Below are positions 10,157 to 21,356 of a stretch of 64,000 nt of DNA, piece by piece. The first letter of the stretch is position 1. Each line of letters opens with the position of its first letter. The notes under the pieces are model-generated. The model had not been told where the DNA came from. It did no database searches and saw nothing but the letters and a program-made list of their open reading frames with translations. The translations under genes were made by a program, and so were the position numbers. The stretch lies in the NCBI GenBank assembly GCA_963735595.1, contig CAVTLK010000005.1, positions 672,001 through 736,000 of the forward strand, written 5' to 3'. The stretch comes from an uncultured delta proteobacterium (GTDB lineage: Bacteria > Desulfobacterota > Zymogenia > Zymogenales > Zymogenaceae).

Positions 10157-10224
10157 CGATTAGTCCTTTCCTGTTATGGTTAGTAACGAAGCATTGTATC
10201 TTTTATATCCGGGCGGCATACCGG

Positions 10225-11520
10225 TCACGAGGGGCGCTCGTTCAGGTGGGCCGCCAGCCGTTTGCCGAGAGCGGCCGCCGTCCATACGACCGGCAGGCCG
10301 AGGGATTGGGGAAATACACTCGAATCGCATACAAAGAGGTTCTTGATCCTCGTCTCGAGGTTCTTATCCACCACCACACCGATCCGGCAGGTTGCCGACG
10401 GGTGGGCGCCGATCGGGGGAAGCTCGATGATTGAATGATCGGGCGCGCCGAGCTTTGAGAGGATCTTCCTGATTATCCCGGTACCCTTGGCGAGCCGTTT
10501 ACCGTCCCGATCGGTCATCGGTTTGGAGAACGAGGTATCGGAGACGACCTCGCCGGCAACTTCATCGGCGATTTTGACCATGATTCCGGTGTAGCGGGGA
10601 AATTGCATGAGCCTGGGCAGTTGGCGCGGCGCGGCCAGCATCAGCTGCAGCATAAAGGCCGACCAGCCCGGGAATACCGGCAGGATCGCGATTCCGTCTG
10701 ACTCGTGGTGTTCCAGCGTCCCCACGCTCATAGGGTTTGCGTGAAGCGTGTTCAAGCCCGGGACAATGCCGCCGACAAACTGGAGCCAGTCGCAGGCAAA
10801 TCCCTTGCCTGCCTCCTCGATACCGCTGTTCTTCAGGATGACAGGAGAGCCGACCGCCGCGCTGATGACGACGGTCTTCCCCCAGTAACGGAGGGGCATG
10901 CCCCATCGGACGGCCTGGACGCCCGTTGCCCTGCCGTTTTCGGTCATCACCCGGGTCACCCGGGTATGGAGGGCGAGATCGGCCCCGTATGCGACCGCCT
11001 CATCGCCGTAGACGCGGGAGGTCCACTTGGCTCCCCTCCTGCACCCGAGCATACAGTCGGCGCAGTCCGGGACGCATTTTTCAGGGTCAATGAATTTCTC
11101 GATCTTCGTCCAGTGGTAGCCGAGGTCGTTTGCCGCCTCCAGAATGCGCAGGTTGGCTTTACCCACCAGCTCGTCGGGCAACAGCTGTACCCGGAGATCC
11201 TTCTTGACCTGGGCGGCGGCCTCGGTAAGGTCGATGCGGAAGGGAGAAAAGACCTCGCGGGGCGGGGCGACGGCGCATCCGGCGGCAACGTTCGATGCGC
11301 CACCGTAATTGTTCACGCTGACAACCCAGTATCCCTCGCGGGAGAGCGTCAGCCCGAACCGCTTGGCCATCAACGCCATCGACGCGGTATTCCCGACACG
11401 GTTAATCCTTCCGCCGCGCTCGATGAGGAGGACCTTCTTTTTATTCTTCGCCGACTCGCGGGCGACGGCGGCGCCCCCCGGCCCCGTTCCCACGACGATG
11501 ATGTCGTACTCTTTTTCCAT
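10225..11520 (-). CDS. GMC-family FAD-dependent oxidoreductase
   Basis: YDIIVVGTGPGG Rossmann motif, CxxCMLGC, HPSATCRIG and NLFVCDSSVFP. Confidence 0.85.
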   Translation of the reverse strand: MEKEYDIIVVGTGPGGAAVARESAKNKKKVLLIERGGRINRVGNTASMALMAKRFGLTLSREGYWVVSVNNYGGASNVAAGCAVAPPREVFSPFRIDLTEAAAQVKKDLRVQLLPDELVGKANLRILEAANDLGYHWTKIEKFIDPEKCVPDCADCMLGCRRGAKWTSRVYGDEAVAYGADLALHTRVTRVMTENGRATGVQAVRWGMPLRYWGKTVVISAAVGSPVILKNSGIEEAGKGFACDWLQFVGGIVPGLNTLHANPMSVGTLEHHESDGIAILPVFPGWSAFMLQLMLAAPRQLPRLMQFPRYTGIMVKIADEVAGEVVSDTSFSKPMTDRDGKRLAKGTGIIRKILSKLGAPDHSIIELPPIGAHPSATCRIGVVVDKNLETRIKNLFVCDSSVFPQSLGLPVVWTAAALGKRLAAHLNERPS

Positions 11521-11680
11521 TGCTGTGCCTTGTTTTCGGTCACTTCCGGTTAATATTGTAGCCTTCCGAATTTGAAATGTAAACGAAAAATCATGGGACG
11601 GTTTTCGGGTCTCCCGGCGGGATGGTCGGCACAAAGCGGTTGTCGGAATCACTGCAGAGCCGCTGCCGTCGCACGATTAG

Positions 11681-12906
11681 CTACTGCTCGAAGTAGATAA
11701 TAGTAGCCTCCGGCAGCACGGCTACGGGCGTGCCCGGCCCGAACTCGCCGGTAAGGAGCGTAAGGGTCTCGCCCCAGTCCCTCGTCCGGGTGATGGCCCC
11801 GGGATTCTTCACCCAATCGGTGAAGGTGGCGTCCCACTGCGGTGCGACGACGATGATCCGCACCCCCGGCGGGACCTCTGTCGGTGACATCTGGCGGCCG
11901 CCGTGGCCGCGCCCGAAGCTGCGCTGGAGATAGTGGGGGATCTGCCCCTCGGGGGAATCCGCGATGATCACCACCGTCCCGGTTGTATCCGAAAGCGCCG
12001 ATGCCCCGATGCGGGCGGCGATGAACATCTCGTTTGCCTTCACGAACGCGTTGGCGATCACGAGGCGGCGGCCCTCGGGGTGCGGGCCTACGGAATAGAC
12101 CTCACGTGCAAGCTCCACCGCGCGCCGGTGCTCCTCCTGCGGGTCCCCGGCAAAGAGCGCCGTGGTTTGCCCCCGCTCGTTGACGACGGCGTCGATCTTG
12201 AAGTGCAGGCCGGCCATTCGGGCCGCCTCTTCGATATCCTGCCTCATGATATTCTCGTCGCCGGTGCCGGGCCCCGTTGTCTGGGGGGCCAGATCCTTGA
12301 CATGAATGTGATAGTGTGCGGCGCTCTCTATAGAGGCGACGCCCGGCAGGATGATCTTCCCCCGCCCGAAAAGCCGGTGTTGATATGGGCGGTCACACAC
12401 CCGATGCCGATCCTGAGGTCGGCCTCCATCACCTCCCGGTTGACGGCCAGTTTCGTTCCCCGGGAGGTCGTCCCGACGAACGTGCAGTGGTCGTACGGAT
12501 TATGGTTGTAGACGGCAAATCGCTCCGTAATCCGCGGCCCAAGCTTCTTCCTGAATTCGTGGTGCGTGTGGGCGCCGTGGTTTCCGAGGGCGGCAACAAA
12601 GGAAATACCGTCCTCGCTCATTCCCCCGGCTATCAGCTCACGAATGACGACAGGCGCTATCTCCGATATCCGGGTTGGGCGGGTAATATCGTCGAAGATA
12701 ATGGCCGCGCTCGACTTGCCCCGGGCAAGCTCGGAAAGGCCCGCCGAGCCGATAGGGTGTTTGACCGCGTGCTCGATACCTTCGGGCGACAGGGGCGCCC
12801 GGTTGCGCCCGCGCATGTTCAGCACCTGGACATCCCAGGTGTCGGGAAGCTCGATGGTCGATGACGAGTTGTCGTACCAGAGTCGCCGGGGGATTTCGAT
12901 CTGCAT
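11681..12906 (-). CDS. Lactate racemase (LarA)-like nickel-pincer protein, split by a frameshift near 12360
   Basis: DDITRPT, ALGNH and HINTGFSGGG|KIILPGVA span two overlapping ORFs. One G is missing from the G-run at 12359-12363. Confidence 0.8.
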
Positions 12907-12969
12907 GGTGTGGTTCCTGAAATAGTAGGATAGTTTGTCGGACGGATGGCCTCTGCCGCTTCTCGGCCG

Positions 12970-13557
12970 TTACCTCAATTCAAGCTCAAAGAGGCAGGTC
13001 AGGCCTCCCATCGCCTTACACGTGGTCTCCCTGGCCTGGTATTTCCCCTTACCGAAGACCCAATCGGCCAGGAACTGGACGCATCCGGCGTAATGGGAGC
13101 AGTAGGGTTTCCTGCTGGTAACCCCTTCGCAGAGGAGACAGTCGAAGGCATCCAGGGTGACAAGGCCCGCGGTACCGTCGGCTACCTTACCCTTGTTAAT
13201 GGCGCTCCTGAAAAACTCGACCGCCTTGTTGAAACGCTCTGGTTGCGGAAGTCCCTTTATTGAATCAAGGACGCCAAACCTTACGACGGCGGCCTCAATT
13301 CCCTTGTAACCGATCTGCCTGATAATCCCCTGGGCGCCGATGGCGCCGACGAGTTTTACCGTCTGGGAAAATATATCGAGCTGTTCCTTATTGGTGAATT
13401 CGCGATCCCATGTATAGGGAGGCGGATCGTTGATGATCCGCGAAAGACCCGCCCCCCTCAGAATAATAGTGCGGGCATTCTCTCCCAATATCTCCGTAAG
13501 GGCCTCGTAGGCCCCCCTGATTGGAATACAACTGACCGTTTTCTCCTGATCGGACAT
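12970..13557 (-). CDS. Stand-alone V4R (4-vinyl reductase) domain protein
   Basis: C-terminal CLLC...PYC...ETTCKAMGGLTCLFE V4R signature. Confidence 0.8.
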   Translation of the reverse strand: MSDQEKTVSCIPIRGAYEALTEILGENARTIILRGAGLSRIINDPPPYTWDREFTNKEQLDIFSQTVKLVGAIGAQGIIRQIGYKGIEAAVVRFGVLDSIKGLPQPERFNKAVEFFRSAINKGKVADGTAGLVTLDAFDCLLCEGVTSRKPYCSHYAGCVQFLADWVFGKGKYQARETTCKAMGGLTCLFELELR

Positions 13558-13696
13558 GATTTCCTCTTGAATAAAGTCCCAACCAGAATGCAGGTAGACT
13601 AATAGCGGGCAAAGATCTCCTGTCGATAACAGGGTTCGTGGTAAAAGGCGAACCCGAAACGGATGCTCCCTTTATCTTCCCTCTGTCTTTATGAGC

Positions 13697-13725
13697 ATTA
13701 TAGTGGCATATTATCGACCCGGCAA
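13697..13725 (-). promoter_or_regulatory. Putative sigma70 promoter for the V4R gene
   Basis: Minus strand TTGCCG-17 nt-TATAAT, about 140 nt upstream of the ATG. Confidence 0.5.
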
Positions 13726-13842
13726 GACTAAATCGTATCGTTGAAACGGTCGCTCCCTGAGGTGCGGATACGTATCGCGGTGGCGGTATCGGCTCTTTCG
13801 GCCGGTACGCGGACGGTGCGGTGACCGGAATCGGTAATAAGA

Positions 13843-14220
13843 CTATTTCTTATATACGTCTTCGGGATTGAATACGAGGTTGCCGTCGGCAACAAGATCG
13901 CTTCCGTCAAGCTTTCGGAAGAAGCAGGATCGGTAACCCGTGTGACATGCCGCTCCGCCGACCTGCTCCACCCTTATGAGAAGGGTATCGTCGTCGCAAT
14001 CCACGCGAATTTCTTTTACGATCTGAACGTGCCCCGATGTCTCGCCCTTCTTCCAGAGCTTGTTTCTCGACCGGGAGTAGAAGACGACGGTCCCTTCCTT
14101 CAGGGTCAGGTTCCACGACTCCTCGTTCATGAACCCGAGCATGAGGACTTCCCCGGTTAGGTGATCCTGGATAATGGTGGGAACAAGGCCCCCGATCTTC
14201 TTGAAGTCAAGCGTTACCAT
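13843..14220 (-). CDS. hisI: Phosphoribosyl-AMP cyclohydrolase
   Basis: [28 protein letters not shown] and [10 protein letters not shown]. Confidence 0.95.
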   Translation of the reverse strand: MVTLDFKKIGGLVPTIIQDHLTGEVLMLGFMNEESWNLTLKEGTVVFYSRSRNKLWKKGETSGHVQIVKEIRVDCDDDTLLIRVEQVGGAACHTGYRSCFFRKLDGSDLVADGNLVFNPEDVYKK

Positions 14221-14462
14221 CGATGGATCCTTTCTTGATTGCCGTGGCGTTTCGGAGGGTAGAAAGACCGGGGACTTCCGCAACGATTCGGGAAGCGGCC
14301 GCCGCGTATGAGCGGGTACGCATACTACTCGGGTGCGCCTTCCTTGACGGCAGGCAACGGATTCCCCCTTAAAAAGGGTCCCAATCCGAACGGAGCGATA
14401 TATGATATATGCGCCTGGGATATATGCGCGGGGCGTGCGGGGCCGCGCGCGCCTTCCGAAGG

Positions 14463-16607
14463 TTAGTAAGTCGTCTGGCCGAGATTGATCCTCGGCAGAG
14501 TTCCCAGGCCCGTCAGGGTAATGCTCATGAAAACGCCGAGCTCGTCGGGCTCGTTACCTTCCGGATACAGGTTGTTATAGACGGTAAGGTCGACCCCCCA
14601 GCACTGCCGGTGATAGTTGACGCTCCCGCCGAGGTAGCGCAAACCGTCCTGATCGAACGAGTATCGCGCCCCAAGCGAAACGTCTATTGACTTGTTCACA
14701 ACCAGCTTAAGCGACCCGAAAATGTGCTCATTCTCATCGTGATAGATGATATCCGATTGGAGGACGTAACCCAGCGAGAGCGTATCGCCCCGAACGTCAT
14801 TAAGCCGAACGTCCGTGCTTATATATAAGACCCGGTCAAGAGTATGATCGAACCTCCCTTTACCCCGAAAAGTGATGTAGGAAGACGGCGAATACCTCAG
14901 CTCAAAGTAGCTGACCGTATGGGGGTCGTCAACCGAGTACCCGAGCCACGGGATATCCGGCATAAAATCGATCCCGACTCCGATCTCGGCATATAAAAGT
15001 TCGTCTGAGAACCCGTTACCCTCGGCCTTCGTCCGGTGCGCCAGAATCCGGTTAATAAGTGATACGTACAGGAGGCTGGTGCTCCTGATCCTGTCCTTGT
15101 CGTCAAAATTGGGGTAGGACTCCTCATCCATCGGCGGCGAGTATCGGTATCCGACGACCGGTTTGATGATGTGCCTCATGGACGAGTATGTGTCCGAATC
15201 CAGGGCATATGTTTTGGCCAGATACGTCGAGAACTCCACGCCGGCGGTGTACGTGGCCCGGTCCATTTCGTCCGGATAGGAGCCGTCCCCATTGATCCAC
15301 CACCAGCTGAAATCGCCCTCAATCCAGGGGGTAATGGAGAAATAACCGGGCGCGATATTTGCCGTGAGGCGTGGGGTGACATTAAGGCGGAGCGCCCTGA
15401 CTCCCTCCTCGCGGTAGAAATTGGTCACCGAGCCGTCCATCTCAAAGGCCACCGGTGTTCCAAAGAGGAATGCGGGACGTACGTACGTGGTAAACCGCGG
15501 GAGCCGCTGGACGGTTGCCCGATCGGAGTCGATCTGATCGTTAAGGTTTTGAAACCAGGACGCGTCCAGCATCATAGAAACGGGATACCACTCCTTGAGC
15601 AGCGACGCGCTCGACTCCAGGTAGGAGGAGGTCCTCATATTGACGTTATCGGCAAAATCCTCAAGATAGGTATCGTCTGAAACGAGGTTGATATCAACCA
15701 GCGCTTTAATATCGCCGGGAAGCATCTGCCGATGATAATACTCGGCCCCCCATCGGAAGCCTTCTTCGCTCTTCGTCCCGTCCTCGAGGTCATATCCGGC
15801 GTCATCGATGAAGGTATAATTCAGTATTCCTCTTAAGTCGGGCCTGAGGAAGTAGCGGTATTCAAGGCCCCCGAGTACTCCCCGCTCGGTCATGACGTCC
15901 GCGGTAAATGTTGCGTCCATGCTCCGATTGATGGCCCAGAAGTAGGCATTCCTCACCTCAAAGCCTTTTTTGCCGGATTGGCCGAAGGAGGGGAAGAGGA
16001 AACCGGATGCCCGCTTGGTCCGCGCAGGGTATATCCCAAAGGGGATATAGGCAACCGGAAAATTCTTGATCCAGAATGCGCCGTTCCAGATTTTGCCGTA
16101 TCCTTCCAGCGTAACTTCGGATCGTTTTCCGGTGATCTTCCACGCGGGGACCGCCCCATCGCACGAGGTAAGGCTCCCCTCGCGGATGCGATAGGTCTTC
16201 TCGCCGAGTTTTTCCATTTCTTCGCCGGTAATATAGAAATGCTTGTCGGCGTAGAACATCATCCCTTTATAGACGACGCCCGTTTGTGTGTCGATATTTA
16301 GGTTAAAGCGATCGCCCTTGATTTCGTCGCTGCCGTTGAAGTAATAGACGTTCCCGGTGGCCTCGGCCTCTTTCGTCTCCCCGTTCATGCTAACGCGGTC
16401 GGCCTTCAGGACCATGGGGCCGCGGGTGATCTCGACATTTCCCTCGGCGGTGTAGATCTTATTCTCCCGGTCGTACGAGAGCATATCCGCCGATACCATG
16501 ATCGGTATCGTGGTATCTCCGAAGTCGGCCTCGGGGAACTGGGCAAACGCCGCCGGCGCCGCTATGAGAACGACAATAAGACACGCGAGAGCTTGTAACG
16601 TTTTCAT
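14463..16607 (-). CDS. lptD: LPS-assembly protein LptD
   Basis: Signal peptide, OstA-like N-domain ([10 protein letters not shown]...PAWKI), [11 protein letters not shown], and a beta-barrel C-terminus with YHRQCW. Confidence 0.9.
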   Translation of the reverse strand: MKTLQALACLIVVLIAAPAAFAQFPEADFGDTTIPIMVSADMLSYDRENKIYTAEGNVEITRGPMVLKADRVSMNGETKEAEATGNVYYFNGSDEIKGDRFNLNIDTQTGVVYKGMMFYADKHFYITGEEMEKLGEKTYRIREGSLTSCDGAVPAWKITGKRSEVTLEGYGKIWNGAFWIKNFPVAYIPFGIYPARTKRASGFLFPSFGQSGKKGFEVRNAYFWAINRSMDATFTADVMTERGVLGGLEYRYFLRPDLRGILNYTFIDDAGYDLEDGTKSEEGFRWGAEYYHRQMLPGDIKALVDINLVSDDTYLEDFADNVNMRTSSYLESSASLLKEWYPVSMMLDASWFQNLNDQIDSDRATVQRLPRFTTYVRPAFLFGTPVAFEMDGSVTNFYREEGVRALRLNVTPRLTANIAPGYFSITPWIEGDFSWWWINGDGSYPDEMDRATYTAGVEFSTYLAKTYALDSDTYSSMRHIIKPVVGYRYSPPMDEESYPNFDDKDRIRSTSLLYVSLINRILAHRTKAEGNGFSDELLYAEIGVGIDFMPDIPWLGYSVDDPHTVSYFELRYSPSSYITFRGKGRFDHTLDRVLYISTDVRLNDVRGDTLSLGYVLQSDIIYHDENEHIFGSLKLVVNKSIDVSLGARYSFDQDGLRYLGGSVNYHRQCWGVDLTVYNNLYPEGNEPDELGVFMSITLTGLGTLPRINLGQTTY

Positions 16608-16766
16608 AATTACTTCACATAATAAATGATACGACAGTCTATTCATAGCAGAATTAAACGCGATTTTCAAGCATAATGTATACCTCCCATAAAAAGTGAT
16701 TCGGCGCCCAAAAAAGCGAACTACCGCCCTAAAAAGGTTTGACGCAGGGGGATTGGGAGGCTACAA

Positions 16767-17699
16767 TTGTCCCGAACGAGGGTGACAGCCCCGGTTTTCT
16801 CGTGTCGCGCGCTGCCCGGGGCTGCGCGGCGGGCGGATTGCGCCACACCGCCCGCCGGGAGTGTCTGTCATATCTGCGGGCAACCGCCCGTTTTACCGTC
16901 GATACACAGGAGCGGCACCATCCAACCGACAACCGACCATACCGCCACCGTCGCCACCGTCATCTCCCTCAGGGACGTCCCCGACCTCATCGAGGTCGCC
17001 GAGCGGAAGGAATTCTACCGGCGCTCGCTCGACCTCTTCCTGATGATGATCAAAAAGGAACCGATCAACGTGCCCGCGTGGGGACACTGCGGGTTGTTGC
17101 TGTACGAACTGGGGAGGTTCGACGAGAGCCTGGCCTATTTCCGCACAATCATCGACCACGAGCCGGACAATGCCGTGGCGTGGGACGCACGGGGATTCAT
17201 CCTGATGGAACAGGGCGATTTTCGTTCGGCCGCCGAGGCCTTCGGGAAGGTGCTGGAGGTTTCTCCGAAGCGGGCGGACGTGGCCGCCGATATGGCTCTG
17301 TGCTTATTTCATACGGGTCAATACGCCGAGGCCCAACAAGCGCTGGCAGACCGGGTCGGAAAAGTCATGGGGACAAAGGAACACTACTTGATGGGAAGGA
17401 TCGTCGATAAGACCGGCAACGACCCGGCCCCCCACTTCGAGCGGGCTCTGGCCGCCTACCGCAATCCGGAGGGGCCGGTTCGGGAGGGAGTCTATGCCAC
17501 GCTTGCGGCCATACGAGGGGTGATCCGCACCCGAACGGGGGATACCGACCGGGCGTGCGAAGCCCTCATCGAAGCCGGCAACCGGGCCTCCCTGACCGAT
17601 CCCGACCGGATGATCCTTTCGCCGGTTGAGCTGACCTTCAAGGTTCGCGGCGCTTTCATGCGGGAGGTAAAGGGACTCATGGAGAGATTGGCCGAATGA
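16767..17699 (+). CDS. Tetratricopeptide-repeat protein (start uncertain)
   Basis: TPR motifs AWGHCGLLLYELGRFDES and AWDARGFILMEQGDFRSAAEAF. Confidence 0.7.
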   Translation: MSRTRVTAPVFSCRALPGAARRADCATPPAGSVCHICGQPPVLPSIHRSGTIQPTTDHTATVATVISLRDVPDLIEVAERKEFYRRSLDLFLMMIKKEPINVPAWGHCGLLLYELGRFDESLAYFRTIIDHEPDNAVAWDARGFILMEQGDFRSAAEAFGKVLEVSPKRADVAADMALCLFHTGQYAEAQQALADRVGKVMGTKEHYLMGRIVDKTGNDPAPHFERALAAYRNPEGPVREGVYATLAAIRGVIRTRTGDTDRACEALIEAGNRASLTDPDRMILSPVELTFKVRGAFMREVKGLMERLAE

Positions 17700-17773
17700 T
17701 CGCCGCCGGGTAACGCGGCGGACGCGACCGCCCGCTACGCTGGAATAACATCAACGTGGCTATGGAGGCACAC

Positions 17774-18406
17774 ATGGGCGAGACACAGGGGATCACCCGA
17801 TTGGGGTTTCGAATCGTTCTGGACTCGCTGGCCGAAAATATCGGCGTTAATGGAAAGAATGCAATCCTTAATTTCACGAAGCTTGATCAATACATAAAAG
17901 AGCCCCCCGAGTATGACCCCGAGGGGCGTATCCCCACTGAACAATACCAGCAGCTATGGAGTGGGGTCCGCGTCATCCTTGGCAACAAGGGGTATAACTC
18001 CCTCGTATACCGGGCGGGGATAACGCTCATCGGCGACGCCAAGAAGCGGAACCCGGCCTACCAGGCTCTGGCCGAAAGCCCGCAGCCGCCGGTCGAAAAG
18101 CTCGTGACGCTGCTGTCTGCCTACCTTTACGCGATCGGCATGAAGCCCGAGGAGTCGATGGAGCACCTTTCCGACGACAAAACGGTCGTTATCCACCGGC
18201 CCCAGTGTAATGAGTGCGTCGAGATCTGCAAGAACGCGGAGATAACCAAGGACATCACCAAACCGGGGTGCGCGTTCATCGTCGGGGCGTTTACGGAGCT
18301 TTCCAACGTCCGCAAAGACCTCCTGACGGCCACGGTGGAGGAGACGCAGTGTAAGCTCATGGGCGCGCCGGAGTGCACGTTCGCGGTCAGGTACGAGGTG
18401 GTGTAG
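17774..18406 (+). CDS. Stand-alone V4R domain protein
   Basis: CNEC...PGC...EETQCKLMGAPECTF; RBS GGAGG. Confidence 0.8.
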   Translation: MGETQGITRLGFRIVLDSLAENIGVNGKNAILNFTKLDQYIKEPPEYDPEGRIPTEQYQQLWSGVRVILGNKGYNSLVYRAGITLIGDAKKRNPAYQALAESPQPPVEKLVTLLSAYLYAIGMKPEESMEHLSDDKTVVIHRPQCNECVEICKNAEITKDITKPGCAFIVGAFTELSNVRKDLLTATVEETQCKLMGAPECTFAVRYEVV

Positions 18407-18593
18407 GGGAGGAGTTGATATATAGGGCGGAAACGAAACGGACACCATGAATGGCGTCCCGGCGGATTTTTCGCAGGACGGCCCTGCGGCCCGTAGGGAA
18501 GCGGTTTATCGCCCCCGTTTGATTGGCCGCCCTTACGCTGACAGAAGTTACTGTCGTTTGCCGTATCTATTGTCTTATCCGGAGTAGTGACTC

Positions 18594-18992
18594 ATGATTA
18601 TGGGGCCCGCGCCGCTCTGTCTGAAGTGCGTCCGTTTTCACGAGGATAGCAGCGGACATTTTGCCTGCGATGCCTTCCCGGAGGGGATACCGGACGAGAT
18701 CGTCCTGGGAGGCTTCAACCATAACCGGCCGTTTCCCGGCGACAACGGCATGCGTTTCCTGGCGCGGGTGAAGTTCGCCGTGGTCGGCCCTGAAGGAGCG
18801 ACGTTTTCCCCCTTCGCACAGGAAGTTTTCGGCAGGGTCATTATGGGAGCGGCCGACGAGCGGTTCGTGACGCGGATGCGCACGCTCATTGCCGAGATCG
18901 ACCGGATTGTTTCCGGGCTCACCCCCGAAGACCAGAAGAGGATATGGAAGGCATTTTACCGGATCGCCGATGATCTGCTGACAAAACGGTAG
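18594..18992 (+). CDS. Hypothetical protein with N-terminal Cys/His motif
   Basis: CxxC...CDAFPEGIPDEI..G.FNH..PFPGDNG; RBS GGAG upstream. Confidence 0.6.
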   Translation: MIMGPAPLCLKCVRFHEDSSGHFACDAFPEGIPDEIVLGGFNHNRPFPGDNGMRFLARVKFAVVGPEGATFSPFAQEVFGRVIMGAADERFVTRMRTLIAEIDRIVSGLTPEDQKRIWKAFYRIADDLLTKR

Positions 18993-19036
18993 CATATATG
19001 AAACCGGTTTCGGCGCAGTTAGGAGGCGCAACGCAT

Positions 19037-19092
19037 GCTCATGGGCGCGCCTGAGTGCACGTTCAACGTCACGCACGAGGTGGTGTAGGGGA
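19037..19092 (+). pseudogene. Remnant of a V4R gene 3' end
   Basis: GCTCATGGGCGCGCC.GAGTGCACGTTC...ACGAGGTGGTGTAGGG matches the ends of the genes at 17774-18406 and 19361-19993. Confidence 0.75.
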
Positions 19093-19360
19093 GCGAGAAG
19101 GGGAGAGACGTCATTTTGTGACACTATCCACTCGGTGACAGATATTCTTTTGCACGTTGTCTATACGATACCCGTTACCAGCCAACACATCCGGCAAGCT
19201 AATCGACTATTAGTATCATAAAATGAACTATCACCGCAATAATTGATGTCTATGCTTCAAGATTTCCGTGCTCATACTTGGTACGTCATTTACTTAAATA
19301 GTATTTGGATTATGAAGCTTTTAACTCCCTTATTGCAGATCGAAACCGTGGAGGTTACGA

Positions 19361-19993
19361 ATGGGCGAAATACAGGGAATTACCCGATTGGGATTCAGGC
19401 TCGTCATGGACTCGATCGAGGACAGTATCGGCACTAACGGAAAGAACGCGATCCTCAACTATACGAAACTCGATCAGTATATCAAGACCCCCCCCGACTA
19501 CGACCCCGAGCAGCGGATAACCACCGAGGAGTACCAGCGCTTCTGGAGCGGGGTCCGTGTCATCCTCGGGAACAGGGGCTATAACCCCGTAGTCTTCCGG
19601 GCGGGGATTAGCGCGGTAAAAGACGCGCAAAAAAGGAATCCGGCCTATCGTGCCCTGATCGAGAGCCCGCAACAACCTGTCGAAAAGCTCGTGACACTGC
19701 TGTCCGCCTACATCTACATGTTCGGCATGAAACCTGAAGAGACGCTGGGGCACTTCCCCGACGAGAAAACATTTCTCATCCACCGGCCCCAATGCAACGA
19801 GTGCGTCGAAATCTGTAAGGATAAAGAGATAACAAAAGATATTACCAGGCCGGGATGCGCCATCGTAGTCGGGGCGCTTACCGAGCTTACCAACTCCCGC
19901 CCTGACCTGATGAAGACAACCGTCGAGGAGACGCAGTGTAAGCTCATGGGCGCGCCGGAGTGCACGTTCGTAGTCAGGTACGAGGTGGTGTAG
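19361..19993 (+). CDS. Stand-alone V4R domain protein (paralog of 17774-18406)
   Basis: Colinear and highly similar protein; RBS GGAGG. Confidence 0.8.
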   Translation: MGEIQGITRLGFRLVMDSIEDSIGTNGKNAILNYTKLDQYIKTPPDYDPEQRITTEEYQRFWSGVRVILGNRGYNPVVFRAGISAVKDAQKRNPAYRALIESPQQPVEKLVTLLSAYIYMFGMKPEETLGHFPDEKTFLIHRPQCNECVEICKDKEITKDITRPGCAIVVGALTELTNSRPDLMKTTVEETQCKLMGAPECTFVVRYEVV

Positions 19994-20035
19994 GGCGGTA
20001 CGAAGAGGACGCCGTACATGGCGTCCACTGCGTTC

Positions 20036-20608
20036 CTATTTCAACATCGTGTATCCTTCGGGGAGTTTGAACAACGAATCATCGAGCCGACCCGTCTTGA
20101 TATTCCTATATTCCTTCATCAGGTAGCGGTATCTCGTCTTCAGCTCGATCTTAACCGGGTAATCGATCTCCCGGGCACGCCAGGCCGTGAGCGTCCCCCG
20201 GGCGGGATCGTCATATCGGTAGAAATGGATATCACAGGCCAATCCCCCTACGGTCTCGGTCCCGAGAGATTCGACCGTCGCGATTTCGATGAGCCGCGGA
20301 TTTATCTCCGGGACGATGAAATCATCGTCGTCACTGTCCCACTCCTCGTCGTAAGCCCCATGCTGTGGGAAGATCGTCCACTGGGCGCCAAAATCGGCGC
20401 GGTAGATGATGACCTTCCCGCCCGCTCCAGTCATCAGCTCGTACCGGACGCTGGTGCCCTTGACGTACGCCGTGCCTTCGTGTTTCGCGCCGTTTTGATC
20501 GATGGAAACGTCCGCCGTAAACTCGGCGCATTGGGCGATCGGGGCGCAGAAGAGGATGAAGGAAACGGCCGCCATGAGGATGATTGTCCTTTTTACGTCG
20601 GTACGCAT
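20036..20608 (-). CDS. Secreted DUF4412-like protein
   Basis: Signal peptide, AEFTADV, LGTETVGG.AC, and YRNIK.G.L.DSLF.LP.GY. Confidence 0.7.
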   Translation of the reverse strand: MRTDVKRTIILMAAVSFILFCAPIAQCAEFTADVSIDQNGAKHEGTAYVKGTSVRYELMTGAGGKVIIYRADFGAQWTIFPQHGAYDEEWDSDDDDFIVPEINPRLIEIATVESLGTETVGGLACDIHFYRYDDPARGTLTAWRAREIDYPVKIELKTRYRYLMKEYRNIKTGRLDDSLFKLPEGYTMLK

Positions 20609-20707
20609 CCCTCCACCTCCTTCTGCCGAATTAAGGGGACACCATACTTAATTACTATTCAAGTATGGTTCCCCTTAATTGCAGTTGCGTCCCCTTAATT
20701 CCAAATC

Positions 20708-21280
20708 TTATTTCAGCATGCTGTAGTCCGGGGGAAGCTCAAAAAGCGAGTCCTTGAGAGAACCCCTCTTGATGTTCCGATATTCTTTCGTCAGACGATG
20801 GGTGTCCGTTTTGAGTTCTACCTTCACCGGGTAGCTCAGGTTAATCGCGCGATAGACGGTAAGCGTCCCCTGCGACGGGTTGACAAAACGGTAGAACTCC
20901 ACATCACACACGACTCCGGCGACCGTCTCCGTTCCGAGCGCCTCTTTTGTCGCGACCTCGCCGAGCCTGCGGTTGGCCTCCGGCACGATGAAATCATCGT
21001 CGTCGTAGTCCCACTCCTCATCGTAGACCTCCCCTGCCGGGAAGATTGTCCACTGGGCGCCGAAATCGGCGCGGTAGATAACGATCTCTTCGCCGGCCTC
21101 GGTCGTCAACTCGTACCTGACGTTACCGTCTTTTACATACGCCTTGGCGGCATATTTCAAGCCGTCTTTATCGATGGCAACGTCCGCCGTAAATTCGGCG
21201 CACCATGCGGCGGAAGTCAGGATGATCCCCCCGGCAAGGGCCGCGGCAAGACAGAAAGCGCTTCTGATAATCCTACCCAT
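20708..21280 (-). CDS. Secreted DUF4412-like protein (tandem paralog)
   Basis: Closely similar to 20036-20608. Confidence 0.7.
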   Translation of the reverse strand: MGRIIRSAFCLAAALAGGIILTSAAWCAEFTADVAIDKDGLKYAAKAYVKDGNVRYELTTEAGEEIVIYRADFGAQWTIFPAGEVYDEEWDYDDDDFIVPEANRRLGEVATKEALGTETVAGVVCDVEFYRFVNPSQGTLTVYRAINLSYPVKVELKTDTHRLTKEYRNIKRGSLKDSLFELPPDYSMLK

Positions 21281-21356
21281 ATTGAGATACTCCCAAGTAA
21301 TACTGATAGGTTATTCTACTATCGGAAGCGCGGCAGGTCAAGCCTCGGCTTGCCTC

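Noticed and set aside
13560..13695. Riboswitch in the long V4R leader
   Set aside because: Only a simple hairpin (GGGTTCG..CGAACCC) is visible; I could not match a known aptamer consensus.
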